IMG/VR virus record: IMGVR_UViG_3300031951_001175
Location: 1 to 24,197 of that record
Length of the DNA stretch: 24,197 bases
Strand: one strand, 5' to 3'
Source of the DNA: a virus
Lineage: Duplodnaviria > Caudoviricetes
The position numbers and the translations under genes were made by a program. The notes beneath the pieces are model-generated. The model worked only from the letters and a program-made list of their open reading frames with translations. It was not told where the DNA came from and did not search any database. This document shows positions 1 to 9,022 of this stretch, piece after piece (position 1 is the stretch's first letter; every line of letters begins with the position of its first letter).

Positions 1-1
1 G

Positions 2-622
2 GGCCGCGCGGTCAAATCGGCGGATACCAACATCAACCAGACCAACCTTGCCGGCCGTTCCACGGATCTCGCTCGCGACCGTGCCGAGCTGGCTACGATG
101 GCAGGTGTTCCGTCCGTTGCGACAGCTACCAGCGCGCTCGACAAGCTGAAGACGCGCAAGGGGTGGGCTGAGACAAGCGGCTGCGCCACACCTGGCAGCT
201 ACCGCGTTCTCTGTCGCCAGGTGGCCGACGCCAACGCCGTGATCGGCCGGGCTCAGGCTAAAGAGCGCCTCGAGGCCCGCATTGCTGCGGCTCAGACTGC
301 CAACGAGCGCACCAAGGGCACCGCCATCGCTGCCGCCGATCCCATGGCTACGCTCATTGCAGGCAAGCTCGGGAGCACAGAGGCTGAAGCTCAGCTCATG
401 ATTGCCGTGTTCAGCGCCGTGACAATGATGCTGCTCGGCATGTTCGGGGTGCACTTCGGCCTGCTGGTCTACGGCATGGAGCACGACACCGCCCCGCAGC
501 ACACTGCTGAGGTGGTCCCGCTTCGTCCGGCTAATGACAGCGTTGCACGTGAAACAAAGCCGGAGCCGCTGCCGTCTGTCCTTACAGTCGGGAAGGCAAT
601 CATCCCAGCGCGGGCTGCGTAG
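2..622 (+). CDS. Membrane protein with coiled coil and Cys pair, 5'-truncated by the window edge
   Basis: The frame of ORF 98..622 stays open back to position 2 (GRAVKSADTNINQ...). It contains a C-x9-C segment (CATPGSYRVLC), a coiled coil, then the hydrophobic stretch LMIAVFSAVTMMLLGMFGVHFGLLVYG. Confidence 0.75.
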   Translation, partial: GRAVKSADTNINQTNLAGRSTDLARDRAELATMAGVPSVATATSALDKLKTRKGWAETSGCATPGSYRVLCRQVADANAVIGRAQAKERLEARIAAAQTANERTKGTAIAAADPMATLIAGKLGSTEAEAQLMIAVFSAVTMMLLGMFGVHFGLLVYGMEHDTAPQHTAEVVPLRPANDSVARETKPEPLPSVLTVGKAIIPARAA

Positions 623-625
623 CCC

Positions 626-660
626 TTTGATTTGTAAATCAAAAAAATCAGAGTAAATCA
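626..660. promoter_or_regulatory. AT-rich palindrome and phased AAATCA repeats upstream of terS
   Basis: Perfect inverted repeat TTTGATTT-GT-AAATCAAA (626-643), with AAATCA at 636, 645 and 655 in otherwise GC-rich DNA. Confidence 0.5.
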
Positions 661-1020
661 ATGCGAGGCGGAAAAAGGGAAGGGGCTGGACGGCCGAAGG
701 GATCGACCACCACTAAGACGGCCATCGATCGAGCTGTCATTGACGAGCGGGTGGCGTCGATCAGGGACGCAGGTGTCACTCCGCTTGAGGTGCTGTTGGA
801 GATCATGCGCAGCAGCAAAGACCAAGCCACGGTCATTGACTGCGCCAAGGCCGCGGCCCCGTACCTGCATCGCAGGTTAGCCGCCATCGAACACACCGGC
901 GACCCTGAAAACCCGATTGAGCAGCATTCGCGCGTTGAGATGGTCATAGTGGATGCCCAACACGATACGAGCTTCGGTGCCGAGGAAGCTGGCGCCTTTG
1001 CTCAAACCCGCCCGATATAA
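661..1020 (+). CDS. terS: Terminase small subunit (putative)
   Basis: N-terminal RGGKREGAGRPKGS, TPLEVLL and AKAAAPYLH motifs, and a C-terminal EHTGDPENPI segment typical of TerS. Lies directly upstream of and overlaps TerL. Confidence 0.8.
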   Translation: MRGGKREGAGRPKGSTTTKTAIDRAVIDERVASIRDAGVTPLEVLLEIMRSSKDQATVIDCAKAAAPYLHRRLAAIEHTGDPENPIEQHSRVEMVIVDAQHDTSFGAEEAGAFAQTRPI

Positions 1021-2365
1021 GGGGGCCTACGGCGGCCGAGGCGGGGCCAAGTCACACTTTTTCGCTGAGCAGATCGTTCTGCGCTGCTACGCCAAGCCCA
1101 CCCGCGCGGTGTGCATTCGCGAGGTGCAAGACACCATCAAGGATTCGGTCAAGCAGTTGCTGGAAGACAAGATCCAGCGGCTTGGCATCGGCGCATCGTT
1201 CGACGTGCAGCGCGATGCGATCATAGGCAAGGGACGCGCATCGGGCTCGCTGATCATCTTTAAGGGTATGCAGACGTACAACGCCGAGAACATCAAATCA
1301 CTGGAAGGGTTTGATGTGGCGTGGGTTGAAGAAGCGCAGACGCTAAGCGAGCATTCGCTGCGCTTGCTTCGACCCACCATCCGCAAAGAGGGTTCTGAAA
1401 TCTGGTTTTCGTGGAATCCCCGGCACGATACGGACGCGGTAGACAAGTTTCTGCGTGGCGCTGAGCCTCCGCGCAACTCGACCGTGGTGCGCGTGAACTG
1501 GTACGATAACCCGTGGTTTCCCGAAGTGCTGCGGCACGAGATGGAAGACGACTACCGCGCTGACCCCGAGATGGCCGAATGGGTATGGGGTGGTGGGTAT
1601 CAGATCGTCTCGGAGGGAGCCTACTACGCCCGCTTGATCGCGCAGGCTGAAAAGGAAGGCCGCGTCGGCAGCTTTCCGCCGGTCACTGGCCTTCCAGTTA
1701 AGACGGCCTGGGATCTCGGCGTGGATGACTACACTTCGGTTTGGTTCGTTCAGGAGCAGCCGCACAACGGCATTCTGCGGCCGACCGTGGTCGATTACTA
1801 CGAAGCCGGCGGGGATGGAGCACCGCAGATCGTGTCAACCTGTATGCCGGAGGTGTTCGTTCCGCCCACGTGGGACGATGCTTTTGCAGGGTGGAACAAG
1901 GCCAAAGCTCTTGAGACGCTTGGCCGGCATGTGCCGTTTCGGTACGCGGACAGCTACCTCCCGCACGATATCCGAGTGAGGGAGTGGGGCGGTGGCGCCA
2001 GGTCGCGCGTCGAAGTGGTGCAGCGCATTGGCGTGCCGAACGTTCGTAAGGGCGTTCCGGCCAACCCGGAGGACAGAATTGCGGCTGTGCGCGAGTTGCT
2101 GCCGATCGTGCGCTTTCACATGACGCCGCGCGTCAAGATCGGTCTGCAGCGGCTTCAGCGCTATCGCCGCAAGTTCAACGACACGCTGCAGAGCTACACG
2201 ACGCCGGAGCACGACATCAATTCGCACGCCGCTGACAGCTTCGGAGAGTACGCCATTAACTGCGGTCTGACTGCGCTCGACGCGGCCCCCAAGCCAGACC
2301 CCATCAAGGCCATGCTCAAGCCTGTGACGCTCAACGACCTCATGGACGAAGCCGATGCCGAGTGA
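953..2365 (+). CDS. terL: Terminase large subunit (PBSX/terminase_3-like)
   Basis: Walker A-like GGRGGAKS, IKSLEG, Walker B WVEEA, WFSWNP, nuclease motifs AWDLGVDD and HDINSHAADSFGY-like. Confidence 0.95.
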   Translation: MPNTIRASVPRKLAPLLKPARYKGAYGGRGGAKSHFFAEQIVLRCYAKPTRAVCIREVQDTIKDSVKQLLEDKIQRLGIGASFDVQRDAIIGKGRASGSLIIFKGMQTYNAENIKSLEGFDVAWVEEAQTLSEHSLRLLRPTIRKEGSEIWFSWNPRHDTDAVDKFLRGAEPPRNSTVVRVNWYDNPWFPEVLRHEMEDDYRADPEMAEWVWGGGYQIVSEGAYYARLIAQAEKEGRVGSFPPVTGLPVKTAWDLGVDDYTSVWFVQEQPHNGILRPTVVDYYEAGGDGAPQIVSTCMPEVFVPPTWDDAFAGWNKAKALETLGRHVPFRYADSYLPHDIRVREWGGGARSRVEVVQRIGVPNVRKGVPANPEDRIAAVRELLPIVRFHMTPRVKIGLQRLQRYRRKFNDTLQSYTTPEHDINSHAADSFGEYAINCGLTALDAAPKPDPIKAMLKPVTLNDLMDEADAE

Positions 2366-4325
2366 CGCCGGCTCCGGTGATCTCGACAAAGCGAACGACC
2401 AGCGCCGCGTGTCGCCTGAAGCGTCCGCGCGCTTTTGGGTCATGCAGCTTTCTATCTCCGACCGCGAGCATCGTGATTGGGTGAAGGAAGGCGAGCGGAT
2501 CGAAAAGCGCTACAAGGCCGAGAAGAACGCTGCGGCCAAAGTGTCGAAGTCGTCAAAGCGGCTGAACATCCTGTATTCCAACACCGAGACACTGACCGCC
2601 GCGCTGTACGCTCGCACGCCCAAGCCTGATGTTCGCAGGCGCTTCGCAGACCGCAACCCCGTGGCCCGCATGGGCGCCGACATTATCGAGCGCTCGCTGG
2701 TCTATTGCTCCGACACATCCGAGCATGATCGGGTCTACAAGCGCGGTGTCAAGGATCTGGTGTTGCCCGGTCGTGGCGTAGTGCGGCTCGACTATGAGCC
2801 CAAGATGGGCCAAGTGCCGGTCATTGATCCAATGACGGCAGCGCCCGCCGTTGACGAGACCGGCCAGCCCGTCACCGAGGAAGCCGTCGTCGATCAGAAG
2901 GTCGTCGAGAAGTATATCTACTGGAACGATTTCCGGCACAGCGCCGGCCGCACGTGGGAAGACTGGTGGTGGATCGCGTTCCGCCATCGCATGACGCGGG
3001 AAGATCTGCGCGAAAACAGGTTCGCAGACCCTGAAACAATTCCGCTGAACTGGTCGCCGGAGATGGACGACGCGCGCACGTCAGACAGGGACATCCCCGA
3101 CGACATGAAGCGCGCGGAGGTTTGGGAGATCTGGGACAAGCGGGACCGCTCGCGCGTGTGGGTGGTCAAGGGCCATTCCAGAGTGCTGCGCATGGACGAT
3201 GACCCCTATGGCCTCGAGGGGTTCTGGCCTATTCCGTGCCCGCTGTTCGCGACGACGGGCAACGACAATTGCATGCCCACGCCTGACTACCTGCAGTACG
3301 AGGACCAGGCCGACGACCTCGACGAACTCGAGGCGCGCATTTCGCATTTGACCAAGCAGCTCAAGCGGCGCGGCGTCTATGATGCCTCGATCGAAGCTTT
3401 GAAGCGACTAGCGCGGGCCGGCGACAACGAGTTTATCCCGACCAAAGACATGCAGATGCTGGCGAGCAAGGGCGGCCTGCCGGCAGTGTTCCAGGTGGAG
3501 GACGTGTCCGCGACGGCGGCCATTCTTTCTGAACTGTACAAGCAAAAAGAACAGCGTGTTCAATCGATCTACGAGGTGACGGGCATCTCCGACATTATGC
3601 GCGGCGCGACCGATGCCAGCGAGACCGCGACGGCGCAGAACATCAAGGCCCAATTCGGGAGTATGCGCCTCAAGGATCGGCAGCGCGAGGTGCAGCGGTG
3701 GGTCCGCGACGCATACCGGATCAAGGCTGAACTGATCTGCGAGCACTTTGAGCCGCGCAAGCTGGCGGAGATGACCGGCCTTCAGCCGGATGAGACGTTT
3801 GCTGCCGCCGTCGAGATGATCCGGTCCGACCGTGCGCGTGGCTACTCGATCGATATCGAGACCGACAGCACGGTGTTTGAGGATGCCGAGGCAGAAAAGC
3901 AAAGTCGCGTCGAGCTGCTCACAGCCATGGGTGGATTCGCTCAACAGTGGATGCCGCTGGTGCAGGTTGCGCCGGAAATGATGCCGCTGGTGGGTGAGAT
4001 GCTGGCGTTTGGCGTGCGCGGCTTCAAGGCCGGGCGCCAACTCGAGGACGCCATCGATCAGACGATGCAGGCTATGCAGCAGCGCTTGTCCGCGCCACCT
4101 CAGCCGCCGCCGCCTGATCCGGCCGTGGTCAAAGCTGAGGCTGAGATGCAGCGCGATCAGCAGTCCCACGAGATGGACATGGCCGGCAAGCAAATGGACT
4201 TGCAGATGAAGCAGGCCGATATGGCCGTCAAGCAGCAGAGCGCGGTCATCGATGTGCAGAAGGCGCAGGCGATGGCAGACGCCAAGGTGGCCAGCGTCGG
4301 CCCTGACGGAAGGATGCTGCAGTGA
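2355..4325 (+). CDS. Portal protein
   Basis: 656 aa directly after TerL. Motifs NILYSN, IYEVTGISDIMRG, ETATAQNIK, and a C-terminal Gln-rich helical barrel as in P22-type portals. Confidence 0.9.
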   Translation: MPSDAGSGDLDKANDQRRVSPEASARFWVMQLSISDREHRDWVKEGERIEKRYKAEKNAAAKVSKSSKRLNILYSNTETLTAALYARTPKPDVRRRFADRNPVARMGADIIERSLVYCSDTSEHDRVYKRGVKDLVLPGRGVVRLDYEPKMGQVPVIDPMTAAPAVDETGQPVTEEAVVDQKVVEKYIYWNDFRHSAGRTWEDWWWIAFRHRMTREDLRENRFADPETIPLNWSPEMDDARTSDRDIPDDMKRAEVWEIWDKRDRSRVWVVKGHSRVLRMDDDPYGLEGFWPIPCPLFATTGNDNCMPTPDYLQYEDQADDLDELEARISHLTKQLKRRGVYDASIEALKRLARAGDNEFIPTKDMQMLASKGGLPAVFQVEDVSATAAILSELYKQKEQRVQSIYEVTGISDIMRGATDASETATAQNIKAQFGSMRLKDRQREVQRWVRDAYRIKAELICEHFEPRKLAEMTGLQPDETFAAAVEMIRSDRARGYSIDIETDSTVFEDAEAEKQSRVELLTAMGGFAQQWMPLVQVAPEMMPLVGEMLAFGVRGFKAGRQLEDAIDQTMQAMQQRLSAPPQPPPPDPAVVKAEAEMQRDQQSHEMDMAGKQMDLQMKQADMAVKQQSAVIDVQKAQAMADAKVASVGPDGRMLQ

Positions 4326-4543
4326 CCAAGCATAACATCATTCGCGATGTCGCGATGACCTACGATTACAGCAGTAGACGGATATATGGCCGCGCTCCTT
4401 TGGGTCGGGACGCCACGCAAGACGAGCGGCAACGGATTGCTGAGAAAGCCATCGCGGAGTTTGACGCCAGCGACGAGCTGGATGTTAACACGCGAATGAA
4501 AGACGCTCTGCTGAAGGCTGAAAAGGCGGTTCTATACCCATGA
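4322..4543 (+). CDS. Small hypothetical protein
   Basis: GTGA overlap with the portal stop and ATGA overlap with the next ORF indicate translational coupling. Confidence 0.55.
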   Translation: MTKHNIIRDVAMTYDYSSRRIYGRAPLGRDATQDERQRIAEKAIAEFDASDELDVNTRMKDALLKAEKAVLYP

Positions 4544-4740
4544 ACCCGCACCTCGAAACCCGCCGCGAGAACAGCGCCCCGAAGTGCGCGACCTGCCGGG
4601 AATGGGACGGCCGCGACACAGGCAAAAGCGCGGCGACGTGCGAGCGGCACAAGGTCGTGACGCTCGATCTTGCCGTGTGCAGCGCGTGGGAGCAGCACGA
4701 GGTGCTGCATGGTCAGATCATTAAGCCCGACGACGAATGA
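4540..4740 (+). CDS. Small four-Cys (metal-binding) hypothetical protein
   Basis: CATC..W...CERH...CSAW pattern; ATGA-coupled at both ends. Confidence 0.65.
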   Translation: MNPHLETRRENSAPKCATCREWDGRDTGKSAATCERHKVVTLDLAVCSAWEQHEVLHGQIIKPDDE

Positions 4741-5675
4741 GCAATCAGAGCGGCGTACAAGCCGCAGTCCGCGCCATCACCGGCACCACGCTCGACTACA
4801 ACGGCGACTGGTCCGCACTGTTTGATGCTGACGGCATCGCGGCAGGCGATTGGAACGGTCGGATGCTCGCGTGGATCAACCAGACGCTTGGCACAAGCTA
4901 TTCGGGGCTTCCCGGCGCGATGAATGCCTTTGCCGTTGATCAGGGGTTCTCGTCTTGGTCGGCCATGAACACGTTCGAGCTGTTCGCGCCGGGCGATCTG
5001 TTCGCTGGTTTTTCGGGCGATTGGTGGAACGCTGACGACCTGTCCAAGCTGTCCCAGGACACAGGCGGGGCAACGCCGGTCACGGCCAACAACGACCCGG
5101 TGGGGCGGTGGCTGGGCAACGTCAACAGCACGGCGCTCACGCAATCGAGTGCCACGCTCAAGCCGCTCTACAAAACCGGCGGTCATGTTCAGACAGACGG
5201 CACAGACGACTTCATGAGCGTGGCGCTGTCGATTACGACGTACCCGATGACGATTGCAGTCGTGTTCGACGCGACGACAACGACATCAGGCAGTGGTCTT
5301 GGGCAGATTATGAGCATGTCGGCCAGCGACAGCGACTATCGCGGGCTGTGCTTGCAGCCGGCCACCGGCGGCGTGGCTATCGATCGCAACGCGACCAACG
5401 CAATCAGCAGCCCCGGCAAGGTGGTCCCGACTACGAGCACGCGACAGTCTGCCTGGGCGCTGTTCGAGTCGGGCAGCGCGACGTTTTTCTTCACCGAAGG
5501 TAACACGGGCACTATTGCCCATTCCAACACCCACGGCGCTGGCACGCTGTTTTTTGGCAAGGGCCGACCGGCGGGCCTGTTCTGCGGCGCCAAAATGCGG
5601 GAGTTGTTGATCATCAACCGCCTGCTCGATTCAACGCAGCGAGGAAAATTGCGGGACTATTGGGGGGCCATCTGA
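4737..5675 (+). CDS. Putative virion accessory protein with C-terminal ConA/LamG-like beta-sandwich
   Basis: Thr/Gly/Ser-rich. It has the DPVGRW, LTQ..ATLKP, DGTDDFM and RELLIINRLL...LRDYWG patterns seen in phage lectin-like domains. Confidence 0.6.
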   Translation: MSNQSGVQAAVRAITGTTLDYNGDWSALFDADGIAAGDWNGRMLAWINQTLGTSYSGLPGAMNAFAVDQGFSSWSAMNTFELFAPGDLFAGFSGDWWNADDLSKLSQDTGGATPVTANNDPVGRWLGNVNSTALTQSSATLKPLYKTGGHVQTDGTDDFMSVALSITTYPMTIAVVFDATTTTSGSGLGQIMSMSASDSDYRGLCLQPATGGVAIDRNATNAISSPGKVVPTTSTRQSAWALFESGSATFFFTEGNTGTIAHSNTHGAGTLFFGKGRPAGLFCGAKMRELLIINRLLDSTQRGKLRDYWGAI

Positions 5676-5935
5676 TGGCACGAGAAACCTACGTTATCCG
5701 TGACGGCAAGCTGGTGCCGAAGCACTTGGCTGCACCATTGGAAGGCCGGCGCGATCATCGCTTCATGCCTGACATGGCGCAGATCGATTTGCCGGGCGGC
5801 AAACAACTGACCAGCCGCAGTCAGCTCCGCGAGCACGAGCAGCGATACGGCATCAAACAGTGTGGCGACGACTGGACCGGCAGCACCAAGCCGGTCTGGT
5901 GGGACGCATGGAAACGAGGGGAATTGCGTGGCTGA
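5675..5935 (+). CDS. Small conserved-type phage head-region protein
   Basis: ATG at 5675 overlaps the upstream TGA. Sequence ETYVIRDGKLVPK...MPD...ITSRS-like...REH; positioned before the scaffold. Confidence 0.75.
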   Translation: MARETYVIRDGKLVPKHLAAPLEGRRDHRFMPDMAQIDLPGGKQLTSRSQLREHEQRYGIKQCGDDWTGSTKPVWWDAWKRGELRG

Positions 5936-7046
5936 TCCTATGGACGTGATTGCAGACGAAATCCCCGCGCTCGACGACACGCCGGACACGCCGGTCACGG
6001 AGGCGCGGCCGTCGCTCGACGATGTAATCAGCAAGGCACTGGATGAGGCCGAAAGCGAGCCATCCAGCGACCGCGCACGAGACGAGAAGGGCCGCTTTGC
6101 CCCGAAGGCAGGCGAGCCCACCCCATCCGAGGCCGGCGAGGCTCCCCCCGAGGGGACATCCGAGACCGCGCCCGTTGTAGCGAGTACCGCGCCAAAGCCA
6201 GAAGCCCAGCCGGAGATTTCCGAGGGGCACTTCCGGGGATGGGCGCCGGAGCAGGTGCAGCAGTTCAAGGCGTTGCCCCCGGAGGCGCAGAAGATCGCGC
6301 TCGACGTGGTGCAGGGCCGCGACCGTTTCTATTCCGAGCGCATTGCCGAGTATGAGCAGGCCGTCAACGCCGCCCGCCCGCTGGTCAACGCGCTGCAGCC
6401 CCATGAACATCGCATTCGCCAAGTGACGCCAGATCCGGCGGCCTACGTGGCGCACGTGCTCGACATGGATCACCGGCTGCAGTTCGCGCCCTATGCGGAG
6501 AAGGTGCAGCTGTTCGCGCAACTTGCCCAGCAGATCGGCGTTCCGTTCGCCCCTCCCGAGCAAGACCCGTTCGCCGATCCCATGTCACCCATGGGGCAGG
6601 CTTACCCGGTCGTTCATGACCTGCGCAATCAGGTCGTTCAACTGCAGGCGAGACTGCAGCAGTTTGAGTCGCAGAACAGCCAAGTCGAGCAGCAGAAACT
6701 GGCTTCCACCATCCAGGCTTTCACCTCCCAGACCAACGCCGATGGATCGCCCAAGTATCCTCATTTCAATGAGGTTCGCGCGACCATGGGTCAGCTTCTG
6801 AAGGAGGGCAAGGCCAACACGCTGGAGGATGCCTACAGCATCGCCGTGAAGCCGATCGAGGATCGCATCTCGCAGGAGATCACCCGCCGGCTGAGTGCTG
6901 CTGAAGCTGCGAAACAAGCCGCATTGTCCAAAGCCAGGAAGGCCGCTCCCGTTCGCACGAACGGCGTGGCCCCAGGCGGCGTGACCAAGGCGGGCGGGCT
7001 GGACGCGATCATATCTGCGGCGCTCGACCAAGCAGGCATCCAATAA
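5928..7046 (+). CDS. Capsid scaffolding protein
   Basis: GTG at 5928 after a GAGGGG RBS. Acidic, disordered N-terminus with RDEKGRF, a helical body, TLEDAY; located immediately before the capsid gene. Confidence 0.8.
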   Translation: MADPMDVIADEIPALDDTPDTPVTEARPSLDDVISKALDEAESEPSSDRARDEKGRFAPKAGEPTPSEAGEAPPEGTSETAPVVASTAPKPEAQPEISEGHFRGWAPEQVQQFKALPPEAQKIALDVVQGRDRFYSERIAEYEQAVNAARPLVNALQPHEHRIRQVTPDPAAYVAHVLDMDHRLQFAPYAEKVQLFAQLAQQIGVPFAPPEQDPFADPMSPMGQAYPVVHDLRNQVVQLQARLQQFESQNSQVEQQKLASTIQAFTSQTNADGSPKYPHFNEVRATMGQLLKEGKANTLEDAYSIAVKPIEDRISQEITRRLSAAEAAKQAALSKARKAAPVRTNGVAPGGVTKAGGLDAIISAALDQAGIQ

Positions 7047-7059
7047 GGACCACTGAGCT

Positions 7060-8022
7060 ATGCCGTCACCGAACTCATCCTTCACCGACCTCATCACCAC
7101 GACCTTGCAGGGCTACTCCGGCGAGATCGCGGACAACATCACCAACCACAACGCTTTGCTCAAGCAGATCGAGCGCAAGGGCAACGGCAAGGAAGCGACT
7201 GGCCGCACCATCGTCCAGGAACTCGAGTACGCCGAGAACCCAAACGTCATGTGGTACGCGGGCGCCGAGCCGCTGCGCATTGACGCCTCCGAGACCATGA
7301 CGGCGGCAGAGTTCAACTACAAGCAGCTCGCTGGCAACGTCACGATCACGGGCCTCGAGGAAATCCAGAACAGCGGTCGCGAGGCGGTGCACAATCTGCT
7401 TTCGGCCCGCATGAAGAACCTCAAGAAATCGCTCACGAACACTGTGGCGACGGCGATCTATGCCGATGGGACGGGTTCGAGCGGCAAGGAGTTCGGCGGG
7501 CTCCAGCTGCTCGTGGCCGACACCAACACCAACACGGTCGGCGGCATCAGCGGCACGACCTACGCGTGGTGGCGCAACTACGTCTATGATTTCTCGACCC
7601 TCTCAATCACGGCGTCGTCCACCACCATCCAGCGCGCCATGAACACCGCATGGATCAACACGATCCGCGGCACCGACTCGCCCGACATCATCACCGCCGG
7701 GCAGACCTACTTTCTGTACTACCTGGAGAGCCTGCAGGCGAACCAGCGGTTCACTGACACCAAGGGCGCGGGCGCCGGCTTCACCAACATCGCCTATGCC
7801 TACGGCGGCAATACCCCGGTGGTCTACGACGACCAGTGCGCCGCGACGCGGATGTACTTCCTGAATACGGATTACATCTTCATGCGGAAGGCACGTGGTC
7901 GGTGGATGAAGCCCGCCCCGGACAAGGCGAGCGTGAACCAGGACGCCGTGGTCATGCCGATGTACGCGGCCGGCAACATGACGATCAGCAACCGCGAGCG
8001 GCAGGCTGTGATCTGCGCTTGA
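7060..8022 (+). CDS. Major capsid protein (HK97 fold)
   Basis: 320 aa with AAGGA RBS and strongly biased codon usage. Motifs IADNITNHNALL, GLQLLV, GTVGGI-like, WWRN, QANQRF, MYFLNT. Confidence 0.9.
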   Translation: MPSPNSSFTDLITTTLQGYSGEIADNITNHNALLKQIERKGNGKEATGRTIVQELEYAENPNVMWYAGAEPLRIDASETMTAAEFNYKQLAGNVTITGLEEIQNSGREAVHNLLSARMKNLKKSLTNTVATAIYADGTGSSGKEFGGLQLLVADTNTNTVGGISGTTYAWWRNYVYDFSTLSITASSTTIQRAMNTAWINTIRGTDSPDIITAGQTYFLYYLESLQANQRFTDTKGAGAGFTNIAYAYGGNTPVVYDDQCAATRMYFLNTDYIFMRKARGRWMKPAPDKASVNQDAVVMPMYAAGNMTISNRERQAVICA

Positions 8023-8052
8023 TCCAGCCCCACGCTACAGGAGAACACCACC

Positions 8053-8523
8053 ATGATGCTTTCAAGCATTGACGTTACGGCTGTTCATTCGTCAGCCGAA
8101 TTCGCGCTCGGCACACTCGCGGCCCTGACCACGAGCCAGGGAACAAAGCGTTACAAGTACGTCCAGTATGATACCGGCGCGGGCTCTGTCGCAGCCGTGG
8201 CCGGCAATGTCTGCTACGTCTACGCTGTGTCCGGCACGTCGGCCGGGCAGGTGCACGTCGTCACGTCGGACCTGTCGGACTCGGCAGAGGTCGGCGCTGG
8301 TGTACTGCAGTCGGCTCCCACCGATGGTCAGTACTGCTGGATACAGGTGCGCGGCCAGGCGACTTTGACCACGGCGCTCACGGCCGGCGCTGACGGCGAC
8401 CCGCTCACGCCGACCGGCGCGACGGACGGCACGCTCGACGTGACCACGGCGAGCACCGATCACATCTGCGCCGTCGCCATCGATGCGTCGGCGAAGATCG
8501 TGCTTTGCATGTTCCCCGACTGA
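8053..8523 (+). CDS. Capsid decoration/cement-like protein
   Basis: AGGAG RBS; small Ala/Gly/Thr-rich beta protein (YKYVQY, GQYCWIQVRG) directly after the capsid gene. Confidence 0.7.
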   Translation: MMLSSIDVTAVHSSAEFALGTLAALTTSQGTKRYKYVQYDTGAGSVAAVAGNVCYVYAVSGTSAGQVHVVTSDLSDSAEVGAGVLQSAPTDGQYCWIQVRGQATLTTALTAGADGDPLTPTGATDGTLDVTTASTDHICAVAIDASAKIVLCMFPD

Positions 8524-8531
8524 CGACAACC

Positions 8532-8558
8532 GGCCGGGCAGGATGGTCCTGCCCGGCC
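8532..8558 (+). terminator. GC-rich hairpin after the capsid/decoration genes (attenuator or mRNA-stabilising stem)
   Basis: Perfect 12-bp stem GGCCGGGCAGGA-TGG-TCCTGCCCGGCC with no U-tract. Confidence 0.55.
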
Positions 8559-8574
8559 ACAACCGAGGTGACAC

Positions 8575-9018
8575 ATGAGCGAAGTGCTCGGCAAAGTGCG
8601 TGCCAAATTCTTCCGCGGCGAGTCCGGCCGCGATTACATCGAGATCAGCATCATCGGTGATACCAACACCGTGGTTCGCAAGGTGACGCCAGCCGACACG
8701 GAGCGGTTCGCCAAGGATTGGGCCGCCTACAGCTCCGGCAATCAGGAGATCCCCATCGAGGGCTCGCCGCTGACGGACGTTCCTGGCGTCGATAACAACG
8801 TCGCGCTCGGCTACCGCTTGAAAGGCGTTCGCACGGCCGAAGAACTGGCCGCGCTCGACGAAGCGGCAGCCAAGTCGCTCGGCATGGGCGGGTTGACCTC
8901 TTGGCAGGCGGCTAAGAACCTCATTCGCATGCGCGAGTTGGAGGCGCTGCAGGCTGTTGCTGCTCCGCGCCGTGGGCGGCCGCCGAAAGATGCCGCTGAC
9001 GAGCCCGTGAGCACCTGA
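8575..9018 (+). CDS. Phage protein with HhH-like domain and AT-hook-like tail
   Basis: GAGGTG RBS. PLTDVPGV...L..KGVRTAEELAAL resembles a helix-hairpin-helix; C-terminal RRGRPPK. Confidence 0.7.
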   Translation: MSEVLGKVRAKFFRGESGRDYIEISIIGDTNTVVRKVTPADTERFAKDWAAYSSGNQEIPIEGSPLTDVPGVDNNVALGYRLKGVRTAEELAALDEAAAKSLGMGGLTSWQAAKNLIRMRELEALQAVAAPRRGRPPKDAADEPVST

Positions 9019-9022
9019 CCAC

